From Eledone cirrhosa (Eukaryota): 64,000 nt of DNA. Each line of letters opens with the position of its first letter. Position 1 is the first letter of the stretch. Location of the stretch: assembly GCA_964016885.1 (NCBI GenBank), contig OZ024743.1, positions 110,856,001 through 110,920,000 on the forward strand, in the 5' to 3' direction. Positions 39,316 through 53,811 of this stretch are shown here, piece by piece. The notes beneath the pieces were generated by a model. It had not been told where the DNA came from and did not search any database. It saw nothing but the letters and a program-made list of their open reading frames with translations. Position numbers and translations under genes: made by a program.

Positions 39316-42300
39316 GATTTCTTTATTGGCCACAAGGGCTGACATCAAGAAAAACATCACAGACGGAACAGGACGGTACGATGTGGGTTTTGTGCGTGTA
39401 TATATTTTTATTATTTATATAAGAAAAGAAGAAAAAAAGGACATAAAGCATATATATATATAAACAATAAAATGAAAATTGAAACAATGAGAAATTCCCC
39501 AATAGGGGGGATATCTCCGAGGGTTACACAAAGTAGACATTAAGGACAGTACAGAACAATACATGATGGTACAAATGGGCATTTCAGCGTGTAAAAAAAA
39601 ACAAAAAAAACAGTGGATGTAATAAAAGAACAATGCAAAATTCCCCAATAGGGGGGAGACTTCCAAGGGCCATCGTGGAGAAAGGCCATTATAAAAGAGC
39701 CACGGTGACCCTGACCACCAGGGTATTTGTCCTCTCCTAGTTTTCCACCTTCAATTTACAGGCATAATAGGTCCATTCACTCGGGCCATTCTTCCCTCTC
39801 TCACCCATCTTTCAAGAAAAAGCTGGGAAGAGAGCACCTCTACTTTCTACCCTGAATTTCCTTTTCAAATGAAATTGGAAAAAAGTTAATCAGGGCATCA
39901 CCGAAGAGGTAAGTGCTCGTCTTCAGCCCTTTCAGACGCGGCCACCATACTATCTCTTTCGCCATGGCCACCAGACAGATAAAACTGCCTGCCCTTCCCG
40001 GCTAAAGGAGGAGGGTGGGGCAATCATCACGATGGACTCAGCTGATAGCTGGATCCGTCCTACAAGTGACAGCAGGTGTTCGACATACACCCACAAGTCA
40101 GCAATGCTCGGACGCTGGACGAGTGCATGCAGGACGGTTTCGTCGCCCTGCACGCAACTCGGATATTCCCGGCTGACGGCACCTCAATGCCTGTAGAGTT
40201 CATCTCGAACTGTCTAAGCTCGTCGGTAGCACTGCCAGGCGAGGGATTTCTGGAAGTTGTCCATAGGCCCCGACCCGAAAGTTCTTCCAGAGAGATTAGC
40301 TGGTTTATTTTTGTCGACGCCTTGAGTTTCCCCAAGTACGTTGTCGCTCTTCCCCTCCACTAATTCTCTATAGAACGCCAAGGTGGAGTTTCCACCGATC
40401 ACATTGCCCGATTGGTCGAGGCTTGTCAGCGCCTGAAGACATTCCAGTCTCCAAGCGCTCCCTCTCGGTCTACTCTTGACCCAGGACTGCAGCTCCGTCA
40501 AGGAGATGAGCTGGGGAAAGGCGCGTCCAGCAAACGGTGACCACACCTGATCACCGTCGAGGAAGAGGTGGAGATGTCGTAGCCTGAGCAGGGGTCTGCG
40601 CATCATTAGCTACGGCATGCCCAGCCTTCCACGTAGCAGGTGTTGACCGCAGATGGAGAGCCTGACCATCGGAGCGCGTCCCTTCCACAAAAAGCGAAAG
40701 AGCAAACGCTCCAGCGTGGTCAGGCGGAGCTTAGGACAAGATACGACGGTCGGGCAATAGTAGATGACGGACTTTATGTACGCGCTCGCCGCCTCCGCTC
40801 GAGCTTTCAGGGATAGCTTCATCTCCGCCCATTATGGGTGAAAGAAGCCTCCCTGCTCGTCACCTCGTCCCAGTTTTTGTCCGTCTGGAGGTCCGTACCG
40901 AACCAGACCCCTAGCAATTTAACCGGTCTGTTCGTCCAGCGCCCGACGACTCCGTTGGAGGGCAAGGCCCTTCCTCTCCAGGTGCCGAGCTGCACGCCCA
41001 CCGACTTTTCCTGGTTGATCATTGCTCCTGTCACCGCTTCGTATTCTCTTTGTGTGGTGCCGATCGCCTCGATGTGTTTGGCGTTCGACACCCCTACAGT
41101 GACATCGTCCGCATATGCTGACGCGGGTCTTCCGCATCCCTGTTCACGCGGGACCGCACTCAACGTCTTCAGTTTGAACTCTGTGTTTAGAAGAGTTATG
41201 GGCCTGAAATTATCTATGTTATCCCCCTTGTTCGGATCCTTTTTCAGCAGCGCCACCGCTCCTCGTCTCACAGAGCTAGGAATTCTCCCGTTCTGTTGTC
41301 AATTGCAGTAGACGTCCTCCAAGAGGCCTCCGAACACGTCTGGCATCTGTACGTAAAGTTCATAGGGCAGACCATCCAAACCAGGCGATTTACCCCTTGT
41401 GCAGCATGTTATTGCCTCCCGTACTTAAGCGGCGGTTATCGACTTTTCGCAACACTCCGCCTCAGTTGCCGTGAGCCGCGGCTGTCCGTCGATCCGGCCC
41501 GCCGCTGCCCCCGAACAGCTGTACGAAGTGTCGCTGAAAAGCTTCACACATTTGCCCGGGATCGAGCAGCATGCGCCCGTCGTGGTCCACCAAAGACCGG
41601 ATCGTGGCTTTGTTGCCACTGCGCGTCTCGGCCACTCGGGCCCATTGAATGGCTTTCGTCCCATCGTGTCTGAGAGCACGCACACTAGCTCTGACAACGC
41701 ACCCTTCGTGCTTTCCATTGAAGAATTGATCAAGGGCCAATTTCGCCGCAAGTACGTCGGTCGCGATGCCTTTGCTAAGCGCCTCGTCTAATTATCTAAC
41801 TAGTTCTCCCTCTGCTCTATTTTTCTCTATAGCTAAAGCCTTACTAAACCTAATGGACTCTATTATGATCGCTCTTTTCAGAGCAAACCACCACTTATTG
41901 TGGACGATGGCCCCCGTCCACGCTCGCTTAACTAGTTCGCTAATCCGGTCTCTGTAGGCCTTGCGCGCTGGTAAGGACGCGTTTAGCTTCCAGTAGCCGG
42001 GTCCTCGTCTATGAAGCCTATCTAAGTCAAGCACACATATCACGAACTTGTGGTCCGTGTAGCTGACTATCTTGAATTGTGGACAGCCTATGCTAGAACT
42101 ATATATTTCCCTACAAAATACTATATCTAGATATGATCTGGATGAGACGATGCGGTTTGTCCAAGTCTACATTTGCACATTTCGGAAGTCCAATCGGTAC
42201 CTGTCAGACAGTTCAAAACGCCTGAGCAGGTTGGTGAGGCTTTTGCACCCTCCTCCTCTATTAGCTAGACCTACACAGACCTAGCTTGCATCTAAGATCC

Positions 42301-44982
42301 CGTTCCAGTCGCCCACTAACACTAAAGGCGGGACGTTCCTAGAAAGGTCTCCAGACGCCGGAAGAAATCAGGCCGCCCTGCTCCTGTCGGGGCATAGACG
42401 GGCACTAGCCTGAAAGCTTGTCCGTCTCCGCTGGTCACGTCCAGCAGCACCAACTTACCTTCTGGGTCCAGGAAGATGGCCCGTATGGCGAGATCCAAAC
42501 CTCTCCGAAAAAGCACAGCAACTTCTCCCCCCGATCCAGGACAGCTGGGAGATGCGTACACATCGTAGCCACTGAAGATCGGTGCGAAGGCCCGTGCCAC
42601 GGAGATTCTGGTCTTGCTGATGCCCACCACATCTATGTTTAGCGACCTGCGATCGTTCAGCAGGTGCCCCTGCTTCCAAGACGAGCCCAAGCCACGCGCA
42701 TGTATGCTGCCTATCCTGAGTGAGGTCATGTTGAAATGGAGTGGAAAAGATGGGAAAGACCACTTACCTTACTTCTCGTAGAGGAATGATGGTTTCTCCA
42801 CCCCTTTTCACTTGATCGTCTGGTGAAGGGACCGTTGAATCGTCCCTTCGGGTGGTTGTCGGCTATTCTGTGAGTATATCCGAATATACTCTCCGGTTGA
42901 GTGTCCCTCCTAGGTCTCTGAAATCACCAACAGCGTTGGGGAATTTCGCTTTTATGTTTGTGTATTGTTTCTGTGCTATTCTTACCAGTCTTATGTTCGT
43001 TGGTGTTTTGATTGGTGCTGGTATTATGTAGTCGTGCTGTGAAATGTCTGTGTGTTCAATTATGTAAGTCATTAGTTTCTTGTTGTGTGTATTTATTACT
43101 GTGCATTTCTTTTTCTGGGGGTGGGGTGTAGTTCTGCTATTTTCTTATCGTTGTTGCTGGGTTTGTGTGTTTTGTTGTGGTGTTTGCGATGTTGGTGCTT
43201 GTGGTGGTGGTGTTGAAGGTGTTGTTGTTGTTGGATGTGGAGTTGCCACGGGTGGTGATGGTGGTGCTAGTGTGGGTGGTGATGGCTTTGGTAGTGTTGC
43301 TGCTGTAACTCTCTTTGCAGTAGCCTTTAACCTTTTTTCATTTCTTCCCTCCCTTTTCGAACGCGACGATGCGCTGCTTCTACGTTTGTGCCTTCTCACG
43401 ACCTTTTGCCATCCCTATACCACCTCACACTCCATGCCCGATTCTGTGAGTTCGGGGAGGTGTATCAGCTCCACTCTTTCACTTGTTCTTGTTGGTGATG
43501 GTTGCAGAGGAGTTCTGTTGCAGTTGAAGTTGGTATTACTGTTTTTGTTATTAATACTTCCACTGCTGCTGCTGTTCTTGATTTCCGTGGCGTGGGTATG
43601 GGTGCCACGGACCTATCATTCCTGCTTGCCGCCTGTCCTGTTGCTGGTAGCAGTTGTGCCGGTTTCGGAAGGAGGGGGTTTTCTCCTTTCTCAGGGTCTT
43701 CTCATTGTAGAAGGCCCTGAGGTGAGTCTACGACCCACAGCGAGAGCATTTCGGGCGTTTGCCCTCAAAACTTATGGGCAGTTGAGTGCCGTTATCGAAG
43801 TCTATCACATCCGGCATAGCTTCAATGCACTCCTGGTTGGTTTGAATTAACATCTCAATGGAGGTGCCGACCCAATCTTCTCCTACTTTTTCTGTACTTG
43901 CAGTACAGTTGTTTTGTCCTTGATTCCGACTAGGACAGACGCGGCCAGCCAAGAAGGGGCCATCCCGGGGAGGACGTGGGTCAGTTTGAACCTCATAATT
44001 TTTTCTCCGCAGTAGGAGGGCACCAACAACATTTCCTCGCTCCTTAGCGTCACTAAGGATTGAACCTTTTCCCCCTGGGATGTTGCAAAAAGCACGACCA
44101 CGGTGGCATATTTCTTGGCTCGGGTGATATGCGTTTTCCGCTGCCACACATTCCCTAAGGCTTTTTGTATTTGAGCCTCTGTGGCTCTTTCAACCCTACG
44201 TGATTTTGTGCTTACTGTACGGTACGTGACCGTACAGTGCTGTTGAGTTTCGAAAAATGTTTATGCTGCCTTGCAGATTGTTCGGTGTCCGGTTTTCGTC
44301 ACCATGTTCTTTGCTTCCGGTAATTCCTCATTTTTTATAGGGATGGTTTCCTTGTTCTTTGCGATACCTGCAAACGAGATTGTTATTTCTTTCTTTTTAT
44401 TGTTGTTGTTGTCGTCAGAGCTGCTGTTACTTTTGTTGTTGCTGATGGTACTACGACTGCCGCCGCCGCTGTTGCTGTGGTTGTTTGTTGTTGTTGCTGC
44501 TGCTACTGTTATTACGGCTGCTGCTGCTATTCTTCATGACGTCAGACGAATGAAATGTCTTTCCGTATCTACCGCACACATTTTTCGTCGTGTTCGTCGT
44601 CGTGGAGAAATGGTCCACGGTATGCACGTTCTCTTGGTGAAAGCTGCCAGAAACTATATTTTTATTTTTATTTAATGACGTCGCTTGCGAAAGAGGCGAC
44701 ACCCCATTTAGAGAAGGTAGGGTGAGAGTCAATCTTCTCTCTGGTGTAATGACGATGTGTAGCCATGTTTTTTTTACAGTTTAAAATGAATATTGGGCAC
44801 AAAACCCCAATAAGCGGTTATTTAACCCCGAAGGGCCAAATAACGGGCAGAAAGACCCCTCTCGCGAGGAGGAGGGTGTTTTTATCTACAATTTGGTTCT
44901 AGTTTTAAACAATTTACAATTGTTATAGCGGTTAAAAATTACTATACCTTACAGTGCCGAGCCTCCGTCAACCATGGCATTC
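39316..44982 (-). mobile_element. Near full-length degraded Tx1-like LINE: 5' UTR, ORF1 (gag-like, Zn-knuckle relic) and ORF2 (APE + RT with ~410 bp internal deletion), flanked by (AAT)n on both sides
   Basis: ORF2 starts MTSLRIGSIHARGL at 42729, with VYAP, GYWKLN, a FRPITLLNTEFK|KTL deletion junction at ~41174, and AYADDV. ORF1 relic EGKRPKCSRCGS*THL at ~43720-43780. (AAT)n at 39291-39315 and 44983-45013. Confidence 0.9.
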
Positions 44983-45013
<31 letters not shown>

Positions 45014-45450
45014 GAAATCGTTGATGGAAAACCACCGGGTGAAGGAATTATAGGATTTCAAAATGCAAACTTATATAGAATTAGAACACAATAGGCCTGA
45101 GTTCATGGTTGTCGACAAAAGAAATGTGATCTTGATTATAGACGTAGCGTGCCCCTCCGACAGAAGAGTACAAGAAAAAGAGAGGGGAAAGCTTAACCGG
45201 TACCAGGACCTGAAGGTCGTCCCCATCGTAATGGGAGCACTGGATAATATCTGGAAGAGTTTCAAAGGCTGGCTAAAGAACATCACCCCACCCACTCTGT
45301 TTTGGAACATTTCAAAAGGCAATCCTACTTGAAACGGCAAGGACCCTGATATACATCCTGAATATCTGAGTCTACGAGTAGCAGCTTGATATTCATTACG
45401 GCAATTATTCAGGTTGTATAACATGAATTACTGAGGCATCAAGGAAAACA
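45014..45450 (+). mobile_element. Old Dong-like 3' relic
   Basis: Motifs LEHNRPEF..DVACP.D..KLNRYQDL..VPIVMGAL, directly after (AAT)n. Confidence 0.82.
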
Positions 45451-45464
45451 AATATTAACAATAA

Positions 45465-45640
45465 TTTCTACTTTAGGCACAAGGCCAACAATACCCAGTC
45501 CTTTACTGGTGCCTTATTTTATCGACCCTGTAAGAAAAGGTAAATCTAACCAACGCGCGATTTGAACTCAGAACGTAACGAGTGATATCATTATGCTTCA
45601 AAACATGGCATCTGCCGCTCTACCGATACTGTCACTCCAC
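45465..45640 (-). mobile_element. tRNA-derived SINE, degraded
   Basis: Plus strand shows TTTCTACTTTAGGCACAAGG, TTTTATCGACCC, GATTTGAACTC and CCGATACTGTCA. Confidence 0.75.
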
Positions 45641-47220
45641 GGCTGGCAACAGCTATGTTCACATAATTTACTTGAATGGTAATTGATCAAATCCACGAGT
45701 ATTATTGCGCCAATACCACTGTACGAAACCATACCTTTCAGTTCTATTATTATTGAAGTTAGATCATCGCAAAACATATATATCAATCTGTATGTGACCG
45801 ATTTCCTCAACCGAAGAGCATTATATCCATTTATCATATTTTGTATGTTGTTTCGATTTACCGAACTATTTTGGGAGAATGTTATCAGTTTGGCATTGAA
45901 CTTTATGAGAGTAATGTTACATTTCCCTATATATTATATATATTTTTTTATATCGGATATATTATTATGTTTTTCTGAAAAACGATTAATCTCTCAGAAC
46001 GAATGCCACGTCCAATTAGCAGAATGTTTTTGCAGACAACTTTTTATCTGATTTTCATTTGCCTTCAAAATCCCCTTAATTAGTTATAAGCCTTTCTTGT
46101 TTCGAAAGTTTCGAAAGTTTCTGAAGATGCTTACAATAAATTAATACCATGTTTGATATATGATTACAAAGGAATCCACTCAGAAAGAAATATAAGCTGA
46201 AAGACATGTATTTATATATTAAAAAATGTGTATCGCACTCGTTAAACGTCTTCAATTCATACCGTGGGAAACAACCGATTGAATGTTTTTTTTTATCATA
46301 ATGGCAAAAATGTTATGACGATTCGCATCACGTAAGATGAAATATATACGGCGTTCATTGAATTTATATAAGGTATGTGTCACATATTAATCAATTTACC
46401 TAACTGCAAAGAAAATATGTTATTTATTAATATCAACGCATAATTTATATTTTCTTAGAATATTCCTAAAATAATTATTTACTGTGAAATGATGGACATG
46501 ATTCTAAAAGTATCTGTATGAATTAGAGAAAAAAAGGCCTCATAAAATGTGTTTCAGTAACACGGTATACCTTTTCTTTTTAACGTTATTGTTTTCTTCC
46601 CAGTTCATATTCATGAAACAAATGCTTGTTAAACGTCTATATACCGGTAGTTTTAACATATTTTCGATAACATTAATGAAGAATTTATCCTTTTGCATGT
46701 TTGAAAACATTATACAAGCTTATACTACATTAGCACTTGTAATTGTAACTGCCTCCCTAAATGCTACTTAAAATGTAACCTCACTTTTTCTTGATATTTG
46801 TCTGATATTAATGTGTTGTTATTTTATTATACATATTTCCAAAAAGGGATACTGTTGTGATAAAGCACCCATACTCCACTAAATTGTGAACTCGTAATCA
46901 CTGGTAATCCAGAAATTGATGCGATATTCCAGCTGTGTTGAAAAGTTCGTAGAGATGTATGCATATATAGTGATATTCTGTCAATGGCTTTGTTAAACAC
47001 TTCAATATATATAGATATATATATAAGGTCGAGTGACGTAACTAAGAGTGATTAGCGGCCCTTAGACACACGTGATCAATGAAACAATTGTTAATACTTG
47101 AAATAAAACCACTAGCTGCACAGACGACCATGTTTCACTATATATCTATATAAAATCACATCTGGCGTATTTAAATTAATTTACGTCTATGAAAACACTG
47201 ATAGGTTGCAAATATTTCAA

Positions 47221-47372
<152 letters not shown>

Positions 47373-50294
47373 GTTATACTTGGGGAGGGTCATATTTGTG
47401 TAATATTAGCAGTATTAATAACAGAACACACTCACTGTTTGGTTGGTTTTCGCTTCTCGCTCTCTTTTATATCGGTAATCTAACTTACTCGGTCCTCAAT
47501 GTTGCCTTTGACTGACCGACGGTCAAAAATAATACAGATACAATATAGACACAAACACATATATATAGTTTATCATAAATCTTTCGTTGCACATCTGCAA
47601 CATCGTCAGTGGTGTTATATTTTCCTCCTGTTGTGTTGTATGTCTACGCCATTTTTATTCAGTCTGTCTATATATTTATTTATTTATTTGCTTGTTTGTT
47701 TATTTTATTTCGTCTTCTTTGCGCATGCGTTTGCGTGTGTGTATAGTGTTATGTTTGCTGTGTGATGGGTGAGTCGTGTGTGTTTATGTGCTTGTTGTTA
47801 TTGTGCTTGTGTACGTATTTATTTATTTATTTATCTCATTTTATTTACTTATTTATACTTCTCTTAGGTCAGTGTTGTTTGTGTGGGTGTTGTTGTTATT
47901 CCATTCATTCTTTCTGTTTAGCGTTGGTCTTCTAATTTCTATTTCACTGGCCTCTCTGATTTGCCTATCTGCTGGGTCATTTCTATGTTTAGATATTATT
48001 CTAATTTCTATGTTGTCTATGTTACCGTCATGTTGTTGTCTAGCATGTTCGTATAGTACTGAACCGTTTTTTCGTCCTTTTAGTTCCCCCCCCCCCAGTG
48101 TTGGTCTATCCTTTCACCTATGCTACGAGCTGTCTCACCTATGTATGTTGTTGTCATGTTTCTGCAAGTACCCTCTGTACATCTTATGCTTTAGACTACG
48201 TTTCTAGTTTTACAGTTTATCCGGGGGTTCACCTTATATATGATAAATTTCCCATTGGTAAGTGCGTTTTCTTAAAAGGGTAGGTTTTGCTGATCAGGGA
48301 TTTTATGGTGGTTCCTGGCTTTTCTACCAACTTTATTTTTAAGTGGGTCTTTCTCAGGGTTTTTTACACTGGTTAGCTAATTTCCCTCCAGGGGTGGCGT
48401 CCACAAACATGACACTCTGGTATCTCCGTCGTACCATGAGGTGGCTTTCCCTATCTTATTTCTAGCCCTATCTAAGCTATTCCATGATTTGCTCCCGTAT
48501 AATGGGCAAATTCCTTTCATGTCCAGTTCTATGAGGGTCTTATACTTTTCCATGGCTCCTTCGTATACTCTGACTCTGTCTCTTTGGTTGTAGACAGAGA
48601 ACTGCATGCGGTTGATGAATTGTTGGATGTGTCTTTCCATTTCTGTTGGGTCGCACATGCGGGACACATTCTTCATCACTCGTACCAAATCTGCGATCAG
48701 AATATTAAACTTAGCACTACTGGACATTGCTGAGTTTTTGAGTATCAGGTATTTGGAGGCCATGGGTTTAGCATAGTGTGAGTGGAGAAGTTGGGCTCTC
48801 TCGTCTATAGTGTTAATCCAGAGTTCTGTGTCTAATACAGGTAGTCTATTGTTAGGGTGTTTGGAAGGGAAGTCGATAGTTACAGTTATACTCTGGTGTA
48901 TGGAATTAGCTATCTGCTGGATGCTTTCCATCGTGCTACGTTCTAAATCAAACTTGTTAGTGCTCTCTAGTGGGGGTGTTCTTATAACTATATTGATATC
49001 GTCTACATAACGAGAGTACATGATGAGGTCTATGGAGCTTTCATTAAGGAGATCTTTAAGTCTCCTTTCCCACCATACCATGAAAAGGTTGACAACATCA
49101 CCAGCTATGCTGACGCCGATGGCTGCTCCCTCATTTTGGGTGTAGATTTTCTCGTTGAACTTAAATATGTGGCCCTATAGGGTAGTTTTGATACTAGTCC
49201 TATTGCATGTGCGACCATTTTTCTTACCTGATCATTGTTTTGGGGGGTCCGTATAGCTTTGGTCCACCCAATCCACCTTCCCATGAGAGTCTTTTTTGCC
49301 ATTGGGGTTATGGTGGGGGTTCTACCACTTATAGGTCTACTAGGGCAGAAACATCTAAGGTCATGGCTGTCTAGGTAGTCAGTGTCGTAGGTAAGTCTAA
49401 GTAGGAGGCCCAGTTCGTCTGTGTCGACATCGTAGAACTCCCCCTCACTCTCACATGATCATCTCAACACATCTTTTCACAGCAAAATCAATGTTAATGG
49501 ATGGATACAGTGACACCACATCCATGCTGCCTATTATGCAGTTGGATAGGCTCCTGTTTTTGTTGCACTCACTGATTCTGCTGAGGAGGTCCTCTGTACT
49601 GTCACATACATCTGGGGACATCTTGATTATGGGGCGTATAACCATTGAGAGGAAGTAGGAGATCCTGTAGTTGCTAGCTATATTAGCTCCGCATACGGGT
49701 CTTGTTGGTGGTCCTGTTGTCGGGTCGTCGACTGTCTTGTGGTCTTGGCGGAGCCCATACAAGGGTGGTATGCCATTGTTAGACGCCTGGAAGTTGTTGG
49801 CAGTGAGATGACTCTTATACCCAAAGGCACTAGTCACCCATCACGCAGTCACCCATCACACAGCAAACATAACACTATACACACACGCAAACGCATGCGC
49901 AAAGAAGACGAAATAAAATAAACAAACAAGGAAATAAATAAATAAATATATAGACAGACTGAATAAAAATGGCGTAGACATAAAACACAACAGGAGGAAA
50001 ATATAACACCACTGACAATGTTGCAGATGTGCAACGAAAGATTTATGATAAACTATATATATGTTTGTGTCTATATTGTATCTGTATTATAATTGACCGT
50101 CGGTCAGTCAATGGCAACATTGAGGACCGAGTAAGTTAGATTACCGATATAAATGACAGCGAGAAGCGAAAACCAACCAAACAGTGAGTTGTGTTCTGTT
50201 ATTAATTCTGGCAATATTACACAAATATGACCCTCCCCAAGTATAACAATATTTGTTTCGACACACGATTTCATATAAAAAACCTCGCAAAACT
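47373..50294 (-). mobile_element. Nematis-like PLE copy 2 (longest, frameshifted RT + GIY-YIG) with ~450 bp inverted pLTR arm at 49848-50294
   Basis: RT relics PPLYGLRQDHK, PTRPVCGA, GSMDVVSLYPSI, YSRYVDDI and LPVLD. 49848-50247 is the reverse complement of ~47373-47772. Confidence 0.9.
47571..47614 (-). ncRNA. Candidate minimal hammerhead (family E) in the Nematis-like pLTR; also at 15974-16017(-), 50007-50050(+), 50566-50609(-) and 55721-55764(-)
   Basis: Minus strand: CACCA-CTGACGA-t-GTTGCA gatg TGCAAC-GAAA-GATT-TA-TGATA. Core and 6-bp stem II are clear. Stems I and III are weak. Confidence 0.55.
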
Positions 50295-50321
50295 ATATAT
50301 ATATATATATATATATATATC

Positions 50322-50671
50322 GTTTTGAGAGGTTTTTGATATGAAATCGTGTTTCGAAACAAATATTGTTATACTTGGGGAGGCTCAGATTTGTGTAATA
50401 ATATTGCGAGAATTAATAACAGAACACACTCACTGTTTGGTTGGTTTTCGCTTCTGTGTTCTTTTATATCGGTTAATTTAATTTATTCCGTCCTCAATGT
50501 TACGATTGACTGTCCAACCGTCAACAATACAGATATAATATAGACACAAACACATATATATAGTCTAACAAAGTTCTTTCGTTGCACATCTGCAACATCG
50601 TCAGTGGTGCTATATTGTTTCCTCCCGTTGTATTGTATGCCTACGCCATCTTTATTTAGTCTGTTTATTTA

Positions 50672-50705
<34 letters not shown>

Positions 50706-51000
50706 AAAAATTGTCATGCGTGCGTGTATAGTGTTTAATGTGTGTTCGTGTTTGAGTGACTGTGTATTGGTTATTGTATTCTATCTTAGTTTACTAGTGT
50801 GTGTTTACATGGGTTTGTTGCTATTGTGCTTGTGTATGTATTTATTTATTTATTTTTGCTTCTCTTAGGTCAGTATTGTTTGTTTGGGTTTTGTTGTTAT
50901 TCCATTCATTTTTTCTGTTTAGCCTTGGCATTCTAAGTTCTGTTTCGTAATTAATTCTGGCAATATTATTACCCAAACAGGACCCTCCTCAAGTATAACA
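50322..51000 (-). mobile_element. Nematis-like PLE copy 3 (3' pLTR only) with inverted stub at 50948-51000
   Basis: Aligns to 47373-47945. Together with 49848-50294 it forms a palindrome centred on the TA tract at 50295-50320. Confidence 0.85.
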
Positions 51001-51012
51001 GTATATATATAT

Positions 51013-51333
51013 GGCAGGAAGGTATACGTTGCTGACGACAGCTAATAAGCTTGAAACTAGTACAGCGTTCCTTTGTCAGTGTTGAACAAACGAGCAACGA
51101 TGATTGCTAGACACTACGGCTTAATACGGGATGTTTGTTTACAAATACACCGAGCATTATAATAAATGTTCGGGAATCCATACGTACATATATATATGTG
51201 TGCATGTATGTATATATATATACATACTACTGTACGTCTGTATACATATATGTATGTACGTGTACATACTTATATTTAAGTAACAGCCGTACTAAGAGTG
51301 GGAAATGAAATTTCGTTACATTTTTTCCGTTTA
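51013..51333 (+). repeat. Dispersed partial copy of family A with an intact hammerhead core at 51026-51068
   Basis: ACGTTG-CTGACGA-cagctaataagctt-GAAA-CTAG-TA-CAGCGT. The rest aligns to 18770-19097. Confidence 0.85.
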
Positions 51334-52134
51334 TATATATATATATATGTGTGCATATATATACATGTGTCTGTGTATCTATATATATATATACACACAA
51401 GGATATAAATAGGTATATATACATATATATATATACATATGTGTGTGGTTGGGGGGGCGTGCGATATATCAGTTTGCATGTGTGTGTTTGTGTTTTTGTG
51501 CATGTGTAATTATGTATACAAATTATATAAATATATTGATGTATATTTACACATGTATATTGTATATATAACTATATGTTAACATCATTTGTAAAGTTAA
51601 CTGCTTTTGAGCAATCGGGTATGAGGAGATGATATCATCGTTTTCTCTACGCGTATTGGATGTAGGAGATTCTTGTCTTTCGTTTGTTTTTCTCGGGGGT
51701 TTTCTGTTTGTATTCAAGGACATCATCCGTGCCTTTGGGTATAAGAGTCATCTCACCCATCAGTTTCAGTGTATTTGGTGAACAGCACCGAAAAACGATT
51801 TATATGTTTTTCTTATACCAAAAGAGTGTCTACAGCAGCTGTTGTCATTGAAGATATGCCGCTCCTAAGTACATCATGTCATTGGCTGCGATACACATTG
51901 GATGTCGGTTTGCGTATTTTCTGACAAGGTTTGCAAATGGAAAGAGTACAAAAGCAATAACATAATATAAAATATAAGAGGAATTCACTTACTGAATGCA
52001 AATGCAAGCTTGAATATAAACATAAAGGTAAAGAAAATCGCTAAATAATTAATATTAAATACACAAACACAAATAAATACGAGCACATATTCGTAAAAAA
52101 ATAGACATCTTATATGAAATATATGCATAAATAA

Positions 52135-53316
<1,182 letters not shown>

Positions 53317-53532
53317 TATATATATATATATATATATATATATGTGAGGGATATTTGGTTGGTTCAGTATACATATAAACATACAAAGCTTACAAGCGCA
53401 CAGACACAAACACGCTCACAAACATACAAACATATATAAACGCAACATGCATATACATACACAGGTATGTATATATGTATATATGTGTGAATATATATAT
53501 ATATGTGAGTATATATATATATATATATGTGA

Positions 53533-53577
<45 letters not shown>

Positions 53578-53731
53578 CATATATTTGTGTGAATATATAT
53601 ATATCTGAGTATATATATATATATATATATGTGTGAATATATTTGTGTAAATATATTTGTGTGAAATTCCTGTCTGGGTGTGTGTGCCTGGACATCTCCA
53701 TATATTGTTATGCATATAAATATACCTGCAT

Positions 53732-53795
53732 TCGATAAAATAAAGTACCAGTAATGCACTGGTTAATTGCTTCCCTTGTGCCTAAAGTAGAAACT
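53732..53795 (+). mobile_element. SINE 3' fragment, tail-to-tail with the copy at 53812
   Basis: CGATAAAATAAAGTACCAGTAATGCACTGG...CCTTGTGCCTAAAGTAGAAAC. Confidence 0.85.
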
Positions 53796-53811
53796 ATTAT
53801 TTCATAATAAT

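Noticed and set aside
43080-43850. 256-aa hydrophobic plus-strand ORF, and similar antisense ORFs at 16179, 47776, 34096 and 55651
   Set aside because: These are antisense shadows of Tx1 ORF1 or of PLE sequence.
51600-51960. Possible host exon
   Set aside because: The frames I tried hit stops. It contains a 28-nt inverted piece of the PLE RT (GTGCCTTTGGGTATAAGAGTCATCTCAC, cf. 49803-49830), so it is more likely rearranged PLE debris.
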